From the NCBI GenBank assembly GCA_964472875.1, contig CAYYMD010000005.1:7670-71669 (forward strand): a DNA stretch of 64,000 nucleotides, written 5' to 3'. Shown piece after piece: positions 28,888 to 38,189 of this stretch. The notes beneath the pieces are model-generated. The model was given only the letters and a program-made list of their open reading frames with translations, had not been told where the DNA came from and did no database searches. The DNA comes from an uncultured Planctomycetaceae bacterium (lineage in GTDB: Bacteria; Planctomycetota; Phycisphaerae; SM23-33). The position numbers were made by a program, and so were the translations under genes. The first letter of the stretch is position 1. Each line of letters begins with the position of its first letter.

Positions 28888-29350
28888 GATATAGAGTTTC
28901 CGATTTCGATATAAATATTCGGAGATTGGATTGAAAAACGTAAACGATCATACTGGCCGCCAAATTCGCCTGACTGATGAAAAACTGTCATATTCTCGAA
29001 CATCCCGAGATGAATGAGATGCTTGAGAGCACCAAAACACCTTCATTGTCACAGCTTATTTAAGGGATTCGCTCAAACGAGGCGGGAAAACATGGCCGAA
29101 AGAATAAAAGTCTGGGATGGCGCGGAAGCGGATTTTATCGAAGTTCTGTTTTCGATAAGGAAGGTTTCATGCGACGCACGGACAACGAGGCCGTAATGGA
29201 GAGTGTAAGCAAACATCAAAAAGATGCGCCGCCGGAGACCAAACTTGCTCAGCCATTTCCTGATGCGGTGTGCGAGGGGATTTTGACGCGCGGGGCATTT
29301 GCGATTGATTATCGCGGCCGGGCGCTGTTTAATCGTAATTTACAGCAATC

Positions 29351-31063
29351 ATGAGTTATCTCGTACTGGCAAGAAAATATCGCAGCGCCACGTTCGAGGA
29401 GGTTATCGGCCAGGAACCCATCGCGCGGACGCTGAGCAACGCCATCAAAGAAGACAGGGTGGCGCACGCATACCTGTTCGCCGGCGCCCGCGGCGTGGGC
29501 AAGACCACCACCGCGCGAATACTGGCCAAGTGCCTCAACTGCATGTCGGTCGAGGAGCCCACCACCGAACCGTGCAACAAGTGCGAGGCGTGCGAGGCGA
29601 TATCCCGCGGCGATGACATAGACGTGGTGGAGATAGACGGCGCCTCCAACCGCGGCATAGACGAAATCCGCGAACTCCGCGCAAACGCCATCTACCGCCC
29701 CGCCCGCAGCCGGTACAAGATTTATTACATCGACGAAGTCCACATGCTCACCCGCGAGGCGTTCAACGCGCTGCTGAAGACCCTTGAGGAGCCGCCAGAG
29801 CACGTGAAGTTCATCTTCGCCACCACCGAACCTGAGAAGGTCCTGCCCACAATAACCTCCCGCTGCCAGCGGTTCGACTTCGCCGACATCCCGACCCGCC
29901 TGATAGCCGACCACCTCAAGGCAATCTGCGAGAAAGAGAAGATAAAGGCCGACGACGAGGCCCTGTTCCGCATCGCACGCGCCGCGGCCGGGTCCATGCG
30001 AGACGGGCTGAGTCTGTTGGACCAGATAATCGCCTCCGATGCGGAAATAACGCCCGAGGCCGTCGTCTCCATCCTCGGCACGCCGCCGGACCAGAAGGTG
30101 CTGTCCATCGTCGAGGCGATCGCCGCCGGCGACTCAGCGGCTGCGCTGGGCGAACTGAACAAGGTGCTAAGCGGCAGCGTAACGCTGTCATCGGTTGCTA
30201 AGGCCCTGGGCGATGCGTTCCGCAATATGATGCTGGCGGCCACATGCGGTGGCGACAGCGACCTTATTGAACTGCCCGATACGCAAAAACAGGCCACGGC
30301 GGAACTCGCCGGGCGATTCTCGCTGCCGGTGCTGGTGCAGGCGGTCTCGGTGGTACAGAACGCCGCATGGCGGATGCGCAGTTCGGCGCTGGCGAGGGCG
30401 CTGCTGGAGGCGGCGGTGGTGCGACTGGCCGAGGCCGACAAGTTCGTCGACCCGGAAAGTCTCATCGAGCGGCTACAGGAATTATCCGGCGGCCAAAAAA
30501 AAAATTCCCCACTAAAAGGTAAACCCTCTCCCGCAGCCACTGCCGGCTCACGCAGCGCCAAAAAAGAATCCTCTACCGGCCGTTACCTCGCAAACGAGCA
30601 ACCCAAACCCCCGCCACAGCTTCAGTGGGAACAGACCTGGCTTAGCGCTAACTGGGAAACTCTTATCGAAGCGCTGGCGGCCGTGGGCGAAAAGCAGGTG
30701 GCCGGGGCGATACGCCCTGCCCGTCTGGTGGAACTGGATGGCGAGACGGCCACGCTCGGCTTCGACAAGGACCATGAAATTCTACGGCGGCGATGCGACG
30801 GTGCGCTTAAGGCGCCTATCTGCAAAGCCCTTTCGCGACTGGCGGGCCGGCGTATAGAATGTAAATTCGTCTCCACGGCCACAAACGGCTCCGGCGAAGG
30901 CAAACGGGTGTTCGGTGGGCTGAGCACGGCAGAAAAAAACGGCATAGTAAAAGATCCTCACGTGCAGAAGGTCCTGGCGATGTTCGAAGCCGACGTCGTG
31001 GACATAACGAAGACCCAACCCTCGGCACCCGACACCGCCGGGGACAACACGCAGGACGACTAA
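29351..31063 (+). CDS. dnaX: DNA polymerase III subunit tau/gamma
   Basis: AAA+ clamp loader (GARGVGKTTTARILAKCLNC, zinc module CNKCEACEAI, YIDEVHML, SRC). An internal A10 tract at 30495-30504 marks a possible gamma truncation point. Confidence 0.9.
   Translation: MSYLVLARKYRSATFEEVIGQEPIARTLSNAIKEDRVAHAYLFAGARGVGKTTTARILAKCLNCMSVEEPTTEPCNKCEACEAISRGDDIDVVEIDGASNRGIDEIRELRANAIYRPARSRYKIYYIDEVHMLTREAFNALLKTLEEPPEHVKFIFATTEPEKVLPTITSRCQRFDFADIPTRLIADHLKAICEKEKIKADDEALFRIARAAAGSMRDGLSLLDQIIASDAEITPEAVVSILGTPPDQKVLSIVEAIAAGDSAAALGELNKVLSGSVTLSSVAKALGDAFRNMMLAATCGGDSDLIELPDTQKQATAELAGRFSLPVLVQAVSVVQNAAWRMRSSALARALLEAAVVRLAEADKFVDPESLIERLQELSGGQKKNSPLKGKPSPAATAGSRSAKKESSTGRYLANEQPKPPPQLQWEQTWLSANWETLIEALAAVGEKQVAGAIRPARLVELDGETATLGFDKDHEILRRRCDGALKAPICKALSRLAGRRIECKFVSTATNGSGEGKRVFGGLSTAEKNGIVKDPHVQKVLAMFEADVVDITKTQPSAPDTAGDNTQDD
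30495..30504 (+). promoter_or_regulatory. A10 homopolymer slippery tract inside dnaX at the predicted tau/gamma domain boundary
   Basis: ggcc-aaaaaaaaaa-ttcccc spans codons 382-385 of 570 (67% of length, the same relative position as the E. coli gamma end). Both the -1 and +1 frames hit a stop within 6-9 codons (…KKKFPTKR* / …KKIPH*). Confidence 0.45.
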
Positions 31064-31142
31064 AATTAATATTGAGAGATGAGGTTCGTATTCGCGAAAT
31101 CCCATCGGGATAAGTTCGCGGCTGAAATAATCAGGAGTAAAA

Positions 31143-31508
31143 ATGTTCGGTGACATAGGCAAGATGATGAAAATGGTGGGGCAGATGAAAAAGCGACTGC
31201 CCGAGATGCGCGAAAAGATGGCCAACAGCGAGTTCACGGCCGAGATAACCGCACCGGAGTCTCAGCGAGGCACCACCGGCACGGTCAGGGCGACAGTCAG
31301 CGGCAGGGGCACACTGCTGGATTTGCGGATAGAGCCGGAAGTTCTCGACCGTGACGACACGCCGGCCCAGATGGCTGAAATGCTCGAGGACATCACTGCC
31401 GCGGCCGTAAAGGCCGCTCAGGAAAAGGCCGCCGACGCCATAAAAGAAGCCATGAACGAACTCACCGGCGGCGCCGAACTACCCCCCGGCCTTTCTGACA
31501 TAATTTGA
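31143..31508 (+). CDS. ybaB: Nucleoid-associated protein YbaB/EbfC
   Basis: 121 aa YbaB family in the conserved dnaX-ybaB-recR arrangement. Confidence 0.85.
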   Translation: MFGDIGKMMKMVGQMKKRLPEMREKMANSEFTAEITAPESQRGTTGTVRATVSGRGTLLDLRIEPEVLDRDDTPAQMAEMLEDITAAAVKAAQEKAADAIKEAMNELTGGAELPPGLSDII

Positions 31509-31524
31509 TGATTACTATAAAGTC

Positions 31525-32124
31525 ATGGCAGATTATCCCAGCACAATCCAGCGTTTGATAGACCAGTTCGGGCGGCTGCCGGGCATCGGCGCCCGCACGG
31601 CCGAGCGGCTGGCGTTTTTTCTGCTGCGGTCGGAAAGACAGGAGGCGTTCGCCCTGGCCGAGGCCATCCGCGACATCAAGACCAAGGTCCGCCCGTGCAC
31701 GGTTTGCTTCAACATCGCCGAGGATGACCTGTGCAACATCTGCGCCGACCAGCAGCGGGACAAGTCCACCATCTGCGTGGTCGAGCAGCCCAAGGACCTG
31801 CTGGCACTGGAATCGACCGGCGCATACAACGGCGTGTATCACGTGCTGATGGGACACATAGCCCCGCTGGAGGGCGTCGGTCCGGAGGACCTGACCATCG
31901 ATGCGCTGGTGAAGCGCGTAAAGGCAGGCGGCGTGAAGGAGATTCTCCTGGCCACCAACCCCACAGTCTCAGGCGACAGCACGGCACTGCACATATCCGA
32001 GCGACTGGCAGACACGGCCGTAAACGTCACTCGCCTGGCGCGGGGACTGCCCACCGGCGGGCAGATAGAATACTCCAACAAATCCATCCTCGCCGACGCC
32101 ATAAGCAACCGGCGCAAAATCTGA
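31525..32124 (+). CDS. recR: Recombination protein RecR
   Basis: HhH (LPGIGARTAERLAFFLL), C4 zinc finger (CTVCFNIAEDDLCNIC) and Toprim domain. Confidence 0.9.
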   Translation: MADYPSTIQRLIDQFGRLPGIGARTAERLAFFLLRSERQEAFALAEAIRDIKTKVRPCTVCFNIAEDDLCNICADQQRDKSTICVVEQPKDLLALESTGAYNGVYHVLMGHIAPLEGVGPEDLTIDALVKRVKAGGVKEILLATNPTVSGDSTALHISERLADTAVNVTRLARGLPTGGQIEYSNKSILADAISNRRKI

Positions 32125-32212
32125 TAAAATAATTTATCTGCGACCGCACCTCTGTGGCTGCCTGCAACGCTTGACAGTTTCGCGCCGGTGGGATATCGTC
32201 GTTTACAATACG

Positions 32213-32298
32213 CCCGGGTGGCGGAATTGGCAGACGCGTCAGGTTGAGGGCCTGGTGGCCTATAAAAGGCCGTGCTGGTTCGAATCCAGTCCCGGGCA
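32213..32298 (+). tRNA. tRNA-Leu (anticodon GAG), long variable arm
   Basis: Acceptor gcccggg/cccgggc, anticodon stem-loop tcagg-ttGAGgg-cctgg, long variable arm tggcctataaaaggccgt, T-loop gctgg-ttcgaat-ccagt, discriminator A. Confidence 0.85.
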
Positions 32299-32310
32299 GT
32301 TTCACATTTC

Positions 32311-32337
32311 GGATCTCAAATTTGAGATTTCAAATTA
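32311..32337 (+). terminator. AT-rich palindromic hairpin (atctcaaatttgagat) immediately 3' of tRNA-Leu; same motif family as 18387-18420
   Basis: A perfect 16-nt palindrome followed by ttcaaatt. Lies in the convergent gap between tRNA-Leu and the 3' end of the MscS gene. The stem is weak and AT-rich. Confidence 0.3.
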
Positions 32338-32397
32338 AGAAACGTGTGGGAGGGTGACCAAGAGTCAGATTTTGTCTGTGGCGGCCGATTTTATGTT

Positions 32398-33339
32398 TTA
32401 AGTTTCGTTTTCCGTCGGTTTTGTTCCCGGCTTCCCCTCGGCCAGGTTGTCGTAAAACCGCCGTGTCGGATAGGCGAAATCCACGTTCTCACACTTCGAG
32501 AACTCTTCCAATATCGCCTCCCACATCTGCGCCTCGGTGCTGCGTCGGCGGCGCGGGTCGCACAGGTACCGCACGGTCAGCGTCACGCCGTAATCTATCA
32601 CCGACGTCCAAACGATGGGCGTTAGTTTCTCGTAGAAAATCATGTACTTGCCGGCCACGCGGCGGATCTGTTCGGCCGCACGCTCGCTCTTAAAGGCGGT
32701 GTGCTCCTGCGCCACGCCGGTGAGAATGTCCTTCGCCTTTCGCCAGTCGCTTTCGAAGGTAACCGTGACGGGAATCTCGTTCCAGATGAAGTTGAAGCCC
32801 TTGTTGTAGTTCGAGCACGAGTACTGGAATATCCAGTTGTTCGGCACATGGATGATCCTGCCGGTGCTCTGGTCGGCGTCGACCCAGTTGCCTATCTCGT
32901 TTATCGAAAACTGGAAGAGACTGATGTCGATAACGTCGCCGGCGTGCGAATGTATCTCGATGCGGTCGCCGGCGGTGAACGGCCGGGCGAATACTATGTA
33001 CAGCCAACCGGCCAGGTTTGTCACCGGGTCGCGTAGGGCTATGGCCAGGCCGGCCGAGACCAGGCCAAGATAGGTCATCAGGCCTGCTGCGCTGCCAACC
33101 CATACGCGGACCAGCGCCAGAACGGCCACGATGCCCAGCAGGTAGGTGATGCTCTTGGTGGCCATGTATTTACGGGCAACGTCCTTAACCCGCCGCCGGG
33201 CCAGGCGGACCAGTATACTGCGCACTACAAAGTAGCCCGCCACCACCGCCAGCGAAAGCAGTATGCTTCGCAGCGTATCCGGAGATATCCCCAGGTAACG
33301 GTGCACAACATCGCTGAAATGTTTCCAGATTGCATCCAT
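32398..33339 (-). CDS. Mechanosensitive ion channel, MscS family
   Basis: 313 aa. N-terminal TM helices followed by the MscS beta-domain (GDRIEIHSHAGDVIDISLFQFSINE). Confidence 0.8.
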   Translation of the reverse strand: MDAIWKHFSDVVHRYLGISPDTLRSILLSLAVVAGYFVVRSILVRLARRRVKDVARKYMATKSITYLLGIVAVLALVRVWVGSAAGLMTYLGLVSAGLAIALRDPVTNLAGWLYIVFARPFTAGDRIEIHSHAGDVIDISLFQFSINEIGNWVDADQSTGRIIHVPNNWIFQYSCSNYNKGFNFIWNEIPVTVTFESDWRKAKDILTGVAQEHTAFKSERAAEQIRRVAGKYMIFYEKLTPIVWTSVIDYGVTLTVRYLCDPRRRRSTEAQMWEAILEEFSKCENVDFAYPTRRFYDNLAEGKPGTKPTENET

Positions 33340-33439
33340 ATTGATTGAACTGTAAGCGTTACGGATAATTCTACGAGGTTACAGTCCGATATTTCGACAA
33401 AATTACGCTGAAAGGCCGCGCATGCCGGCGGAAAATCGG

Positions 33440-33592
33440 TTACAAAACACGTTCGTCGCCGAGAAGGTGCAGGAATGCCCCGCGGACGTTTAGACTCTCC
33501 TTGCGGGCTGGCATGAGGACGGCGGAACTGACGCCGTTGGCCGACAGGCCCAGAACGGCAATGACCAGCATCAACGGCGCATCTATGCTCAT
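33440..33592 (-). pseudogene. Remnant of a cation-diffusion-facilitator (CDF) transporter gene (about 50 codons)
   Basis: Manual translation MSIDAPLMLVIAVLGLSANGVSSAVLMPARKESLNVRGAFLHLLGDERVL* matches the CDF TM3-TM5 signature (…SLN.RGA.LHVLGD…) but is far too short. The flanking ORF-track calls are antisense junk. Confidence 0.4.
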
Positions 33593-33822
33593 GTCCCGCC
33601 CGAAACGCCGCCATGAGTTTCCGCGGCCGAATGCGCGCTTTACAGTCCTTGCAGGTATTTTCAGGTCAGCGGAGTTGACCTTTTATCGTAGTTTGATAAA
33701 ATCACTTTAGGTTATAAAGTAACCGGCTTATAAATGTACGATGGCAATGCCTCGCCAGCGTGATGAAGCCATAATATAAACGAAATATCGCAAAATCTTC
33801 GCGTAAAGACAGGAGATCGTTC

Positions 33823-36108
33823 ATGCGATTCTATTTTGAACTAAGCGATGATGTCGGTTCCACTGCCTTCGCCGCTTTATCGAACAGATGCCGTGCGCTG
33901 GGCTGGATTTGCCTTCTGGCCGCGATGCTTACGTTGTCTGTCGCCTCCGCCGCCGACGTCGTCGCGCCGCCTGATACGGAGGATGTATCCGAACAAATTG
34001 TCTCTAAGTACAAGTCGGTGTACACTACACGGCCGATAGGCCCAAATTATCAATCCTTGGATGCTGTTCTGATAGGCAACGGTGACGTGGCCGTCGCCAT
34101 CAGCACTACGCCGTCGCAGTTAAAAGGGCACCGGAGCCATCGCAAACCCGAGCAGATTCGTTTCTGGTTTCACAAAAACGACTTCTGGAAACTCGGCGGG
34201 CCAACCAAGAGTAAACTCCTGGGCTATATCGATTTCTGGTTCGAACTTCGCCACGGCAAGAATCGCCCTAAGCGAAAATACCGTTTCGAGAACGACCTAT
34301 ACACCGCAACCGCTCATGGCCGCGTGTCTCAGGGCGAGGACCAGATCCTCGACATAAAGGCCTGGGTCAGCGCGATTGACGATATGGTTTTTATACAGTT
34401 CTCCGCTCCCGCCAAGCAAAAGGTCTACTGGGTTAACACAGACCCTCAGATAATGCGGGCCGGCAGCGAGTGGGAAGCGAAAGGGGTAGACGGATACGAA
34501 AAGATTTTCTGGCGGCGGGAGTTTCCCGACGGCGATCCGCCTACGGGCATGAGCATGTGCTTCAAGAGGTATGGTGACAAAATGCGGCACGGCGAACTGG
34601 GCAAGAAGCCGCAGACGCTGGTTTTCGCCATTGACAGTCTTCTGGAGAACAAAAACTACGGCGAAAGCGTCCAAAAAAAGATAAAAGATTTTAAAATCGA
34701 GGACATGGAGAAGCAATACGCGGCCCATAGGCAATGGTGGTCCGATTTCTGGGCTAAAAGTTTCATCGACATTCCCGACGAAACAATCGAAAAGCAATAC
34801 TACCTGGCGAATTACGTGCTGGCCGGTTGCTGCCGCAACAAGGATTTCCCGCCCGGACTGCGGACTACATGGACGTGCAACGACAATCCGCGATGGAGTA
34901 ACGACTATCACCTCAACTATAACTTCCAGGCCGGATTTTACAGTCTGTATGGAACCAATCACCCCGAAATGGGCGAAGTGCAGGACCAGCCGCTGCTGGA
35001 TTACATGCCGGTCGGACGCAAACTCGCAAAAGAGCGACTGGGCGTGCCAGGCATTTTATATCCGGTCGGTATAGGTCCGAAGGGCACAACAACATGGGGA
35101 AATGACTACGGCCAGAAAAGCAACGCCTCATATGGCGCAGTCAACATGATTTTCCGCTGGAAGACCACATATGACCTTGATTATGCAAAAAAAGTTTACC
35201 CATACTTCAGGGAACTGACAACTTTCTGGGAGGCATACCTTAAGTACGAAAAAGAGAATGACCGCTACGTTATCGAAAAGGACTCGGTCCACGAGCAAAG
35301 CGGCAAGGACTTCAACTCCATTGTCTCCCTCGCGCTGTGCCGCGCGGTGTTCGAAACGGCCATGGACATGAGCAAGGCCCTCGGCGTGGACGTTGAAAAG
35401 CAAGAGAAGTGGAACCGCATCCTTGAACATCTCAGCGACTATGCCACCCAGCAGCGGGAGGGTAAAACGGTCTTCCGCTACACGGAAAAGGGTACGGAAT
35501 GGTGGAAAGGCAACACGCTCGGCATTCAGCACATATACCCTGCGCTGGGCATCGGCCTGGAAAGTGACCCGCGCCTTATAAAGATAGCCCGAAATACTAT
35601 TGACGTTATGCAGCGATGGTTCGACCACAACGGCGACAATAGTTTCTTCCCCGCGGCCGCTTACGTCGGATACAAACCCGAGGTCATCTACAAAAAACTC
35701 CACGAGTATGTCGCCAGCCACTATCGGCCTAACGGCCTGCGCGCCCGCCAGGGACATGGAACGGAGAAATTATCCACCATTCCAAACACGGTGAACATGA
35801 TGCTGTGCTCCGTACACCGCGGTGTCATGCGGCTTTATCCGGCCTGGCCGAAAGACGTCGACGCACGATTCGGCAACCTCCGTCAGTTTGGAGCGTTCCT
35901 TGTCTCCAGCGAACTAAAAGATGGAACGGTGCGGTATGTCACTATCCTGAGCGAAAAGGGCCGTGACCTGACACTCGTGAACCCCTGGCCCGGCCGGGAC
36001 GTGGCGCTGCGTCGGAACGGGCAGGAGGCAAAAAAGGTCCTCAGCGGGAAAAACTTTACTATTGAGACAAGCCCGGGCGAGACACTCGCACTGACTCCGG
36101 CTGAATAA
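33823..36108 (+). CDS. Secreted putative six-hairpin glycoside hydrolase (GH95/GH65-like fold)
   Basis: Signal peptide, 761 aa. W..DYHLNYNFQ motif reminiscent of (alpha/alpha)6 GH families. The family assignment is tentative. Confidence 0.45.
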   Translation: MRFYFELSDDVGSTAFAALSNRCRALGWICLLAAMLTLSVASAADVVAPPDTEDVSEQIVSKYKSVYTTRPIGPNYQSLDAVLIGNGDVAVAISTTPSQLKGHRSHRKPEQIRFWFHKNDFWKLGGPTKSKLLGYIDFWFELRHGKNRPKRKYRFENDLYTATAHGRVSQGEDQILDIKAWVSAIDDMVFIQFSAPAKQKVYWVNTDPQIMRAGSEWEAKGVDGYEKIFWRREFPDGDPPTGMSMCFKRYGDKMRHGELGKKPQTLVFAIDSLLENKNYGESVQKKIKDFKIEDMEKQYAAHRQWWSDFWAKSFIDIPDETIEKQYYLANYVLAGCCRNKDFPPGLRTTWTCNDNPRWSNDYHLNYNFQAGFYSLYGTNHPEMGEVQDQPLLDYMPVGRKLAKERLGVPGILYPVGIGPKGTTTWGNDYGQKSNASYGAVNMIFRWKTTYDLDYAKKVYPYFRELTTFWEAYLKYEKENDRYVIEKDSVHEQSGKDFNSIVSLALCRAVFETAMDMSKALGVDVEKQEKWNRILEHLSDYATQQREGKTVFRYTEKGTEWWKGNTLGIQHIYPALGIGLESDPRLIKIARNTIDVMQRWFDHNGDNSFFPAAAYVGYKPEVIYKKLHEYVASHYRPNGLRARQGHGTEKLSTIPNTVNMMLCSVHRGVMRLYPAWPKDVDARFGNLRQFGAFLVSSELKDGTVRYVTILSEKGRDLTLVNPWPGRDVALRRNGQEAKKVLSGKNFTIETSPGETLALTPAE

Positions 36109-36293
36109 TTATGCCACAGTTGCCGTGAATACTTTCGTAAATACTTGGACGGAAATATTAGGATAGACGGAAGTGGCCGACAAAAATGTTCCTGCGCCGG
36201 ACGAATCGTATTGAGAGCACCCGCAGCGTGATTTGCATGAGACCTTTCGAGAATTGTCCGTCAATTAGGGAAAAATACAATATGGGCATGATT

Positions 36294-37379
36294 TCAATCG
36301 ATGGGAAGTTGAGGTGGCCGCGACTTTTTATCGCTTCCAGACTCGGGCTTTGGCTTAGGTGGCTTTACGCCTTTACACTTATATTGCCACACTATGATAG
36401 TCCACTTGTCACGGGTGGTGGGCACCCACCCTGCTGCTAAAGAGTATTCGTCGCTAACGCGACGCGCACGGACATAGAGTTCAAAACTATCGGGCCAGAC
36501 GACAAATCGCACGTACCGCTTATCTTTGTCCGTATGCCGCAACACTCGTTGAAAAAGACTGTGCGGCATTTGGATTCGATTTATTGTTTCGCCGCCTCCG
36601 CGCTTACGGTTCAATACCACTTGTACCCCTCGCCAGTGTGGCTCGACGGTGTATCTAAAATCGTTCGTTCCCAGATTGTGGTTCTGGAAATACTCCGCAA
36701 GCACCTTGCAATCGACAGGGGCTGTTTTGTCCGACCGATTGGGAAAGCAATGTCGAACAATCGCACTGACGACCTTTTTGACGTTATCGTAACTGACATG
36801 ATACAGACGACCCTCCCGGCAAAGAAATAATACGGGCCTGGCGCCTTTCGGCGCCGGGCGGGGATTTGGAAGAGTCACGATTTTTGGTGGCGGCGCTTTG
36901 ACCTTCGCCACCTCAGCCAGCTGTGTCTGGATACGGTCCTCTTGCTGATCGAGCTTACCGATTTGCTCGGTGAGTTTATTGATTTCGTTCTTGCGTTGTG
37001 TCAGGAGTTTTTCAACCTTTTGTTTGAACTTGTCCGGCTCAGTGGGTTCAGATAGCTGCTTTTGCAGACCGGCGATGCGCTGCTGTGTCTCGTCGAGTCG
37101 GCGACGCAATTCAGGCAGATGCTTCTTTTTCTGGTTCCATTGACGAAGCAGTTGATTGATTTCTTGTTCCTGTTGATTGGCTTTCTTCTCGGCCAGCGCC
37201 AGCTGCCGTCTGCTGACTACCGGAATGTCTTGCTCCGCGCGTAAAACCCTCTTGACCGCATCAGCGACATTAAGTTGCGTAACCACCAGCAGAATAACCA
37301 GAATGCCGACAACGTTAGTCATCGTGTCAAGCAGTGAATCGAGACTCCCAATTTCGGTTTTTCGCCTGCGTCGCGACAT
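36294..37379 (-). CDS. ExbD/TolR-like protein with about 120-aa coiled-coil spacer and divergent C-terminal periplasmic domain (paralog 2)
   Basis: Basic N-terminus plus an ExbD-like TM (MSRRRRKTEIGSLDSLLDTMTNVVGILVILLVV), a long Q/K/E-rich coiled coil, and a C-terminal domain whose pattern resembles ExbD (YVRFVVWPDSFELYVRARRV…AAGWV). Third gene of the operon headed by the MotA/ExbB-like gene. Confidence 0.55.
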   Translation of the reverse strand: MSRRRRKTEIGSLDSLLDTMTNVVGILVILLVVTQLNVADAVKRVLRAEQDIPVVSRRQLALAEKKANQQEQEINQLLRQWNQKKKHLPELRRRLDETQQRIAGLQKQLSEPTEPDKFKQKVEKLLTQRKNEINKLTEQIGKLDQQEDRIQTQLAEVAKVKAPPPKIVTLPNPRPAPKGARPVLFLCREGRLYHVSYDNVKKVVSAIVRHCFPNRSDKTAPVDCKVLAEYFQNHNLGTNDFRYTVEPHWRGVQVVLNRKRGGGETINRIQMPHSLFQRVLRHTDKDKRYVRFVVWPDSFELYVRARRVSDEYSLAAGWVPTTRDKWTIIVWQYKCKGVKPPKPKPESGSDKKSRPPQLPID

Positions 37380-37382
37380 GAT

Positions 37383-38189
37383 TTATTTTCCTTCAAAATG
37401 AGACAGATCAATCTTCCCCTCCCCCAGAACGGGAAGTTTACCGACTTGGCATTTATATTTCCATGCCTGATTGCGCATCGGTCTAATCAATCCTATAGAA
37501 TTGGGGCGAACCAGCAGGACCGCAACGCCTTTGCGCCTCTTCGCCGTACGGGAGAACACTTTAGCCAGTTCGGAAGAGTTTCCTATATCTTTCTGGTGAA
37601 TACGTACCGGCGGATCGCTGCTGTGGATTATAACATGGGGGTTGTCGAGTTCTATAAAAGCCGGCTGCATATTAACCCCGGAGCCGCTGGCGCGTATGCT
37701 GACACGCGGTTTCCTCAAAGATTGCTTTTCCTCCAGTTGCTGTTTGAGTTGCTTAATTTTCTCCTGCTGTTTGTGATATTGCTGCTGAAATGTTTGGATT
37801 CTCAGTTTCAGTCTTTCGGCTTCTTCCAGGCGCTTGGCTACTTCGCCGCTTTGCCTTTTAATTCTTTTCAACCGAACCTGTAACTGCTCAAGTTGTTGGC
37901 GATTCTTATTTAACTGATCGTTCAGTTTTTGGGCTTCATCGATTCGTTTTTGCAGTTGAGCAATCTGGTCGCTACGCTCCTTGTCGGAGCGGACCAACTG
38001 CGCATATCGTTGGGCCCGCTTTTTTGCCTCGACCAGTTCTCGCTCCGCTTTGGCTACCGCCTGCGGGTCCAATTGCCCCAGGGCCATAGCCGTGATCATC
38101 AATGTCAGAGTGCCTATTACACACGCCAGGATGCTCAGGAACGGAAACAGGGAAACGATATTCGCATTTTTACGCTTTCGACGGGCCAT
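37383..38189 (-). CDS. ExbD/TolR-like protein with coiled-coil spacer and divergent ExbD-like periplasmic domain (paralog 1)
   Basis: MARRKRKNANIVSLFPFLSILACVIGTLTLMI (basic N-terminus plus TM), a roughly 120-aa coiled coil, and a C-terminus (HVIIHSSDPPVRI…GVAVLLVRPNSIGLIRPMRNQAWKYKCQVGKLPV) that follows the ExbD periplasmic-domain pattern. Overlaps the upstream MotA-like gene by 20 nt. Confidence 0.55.
   Translation of the reverse strand: MARRKRKNANIVSLFPFLSILACVIGTLTLMITAMALGQLDPQAVAKAERELVEAKKRAQRYAQLVRSDKERSDQIAQLQKRIDEAQKLNDQLNKNRQQLEQLQVRLKRIKRQSGEVAKRLEEAERLKLRIQTFQQQYHKQQEKIKQLKQQLEEKQSLRKPRVSIRASGSGVNMQPAFIELDNPHVIIHSSDPPVRIHQKDIGNSSELAKVFSRTAKRRKGVAVLLVRPNSIGLIRPMRNQAWKYKCQVGKLPVLGEGKIDLSHFEGK

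Noticed and set aside
28888-29350. SRP (4.5S) RNA gene upstream of dnaX
   Set aside because: The conserved domain-IV motif was not found on either strand by eye. Not called.
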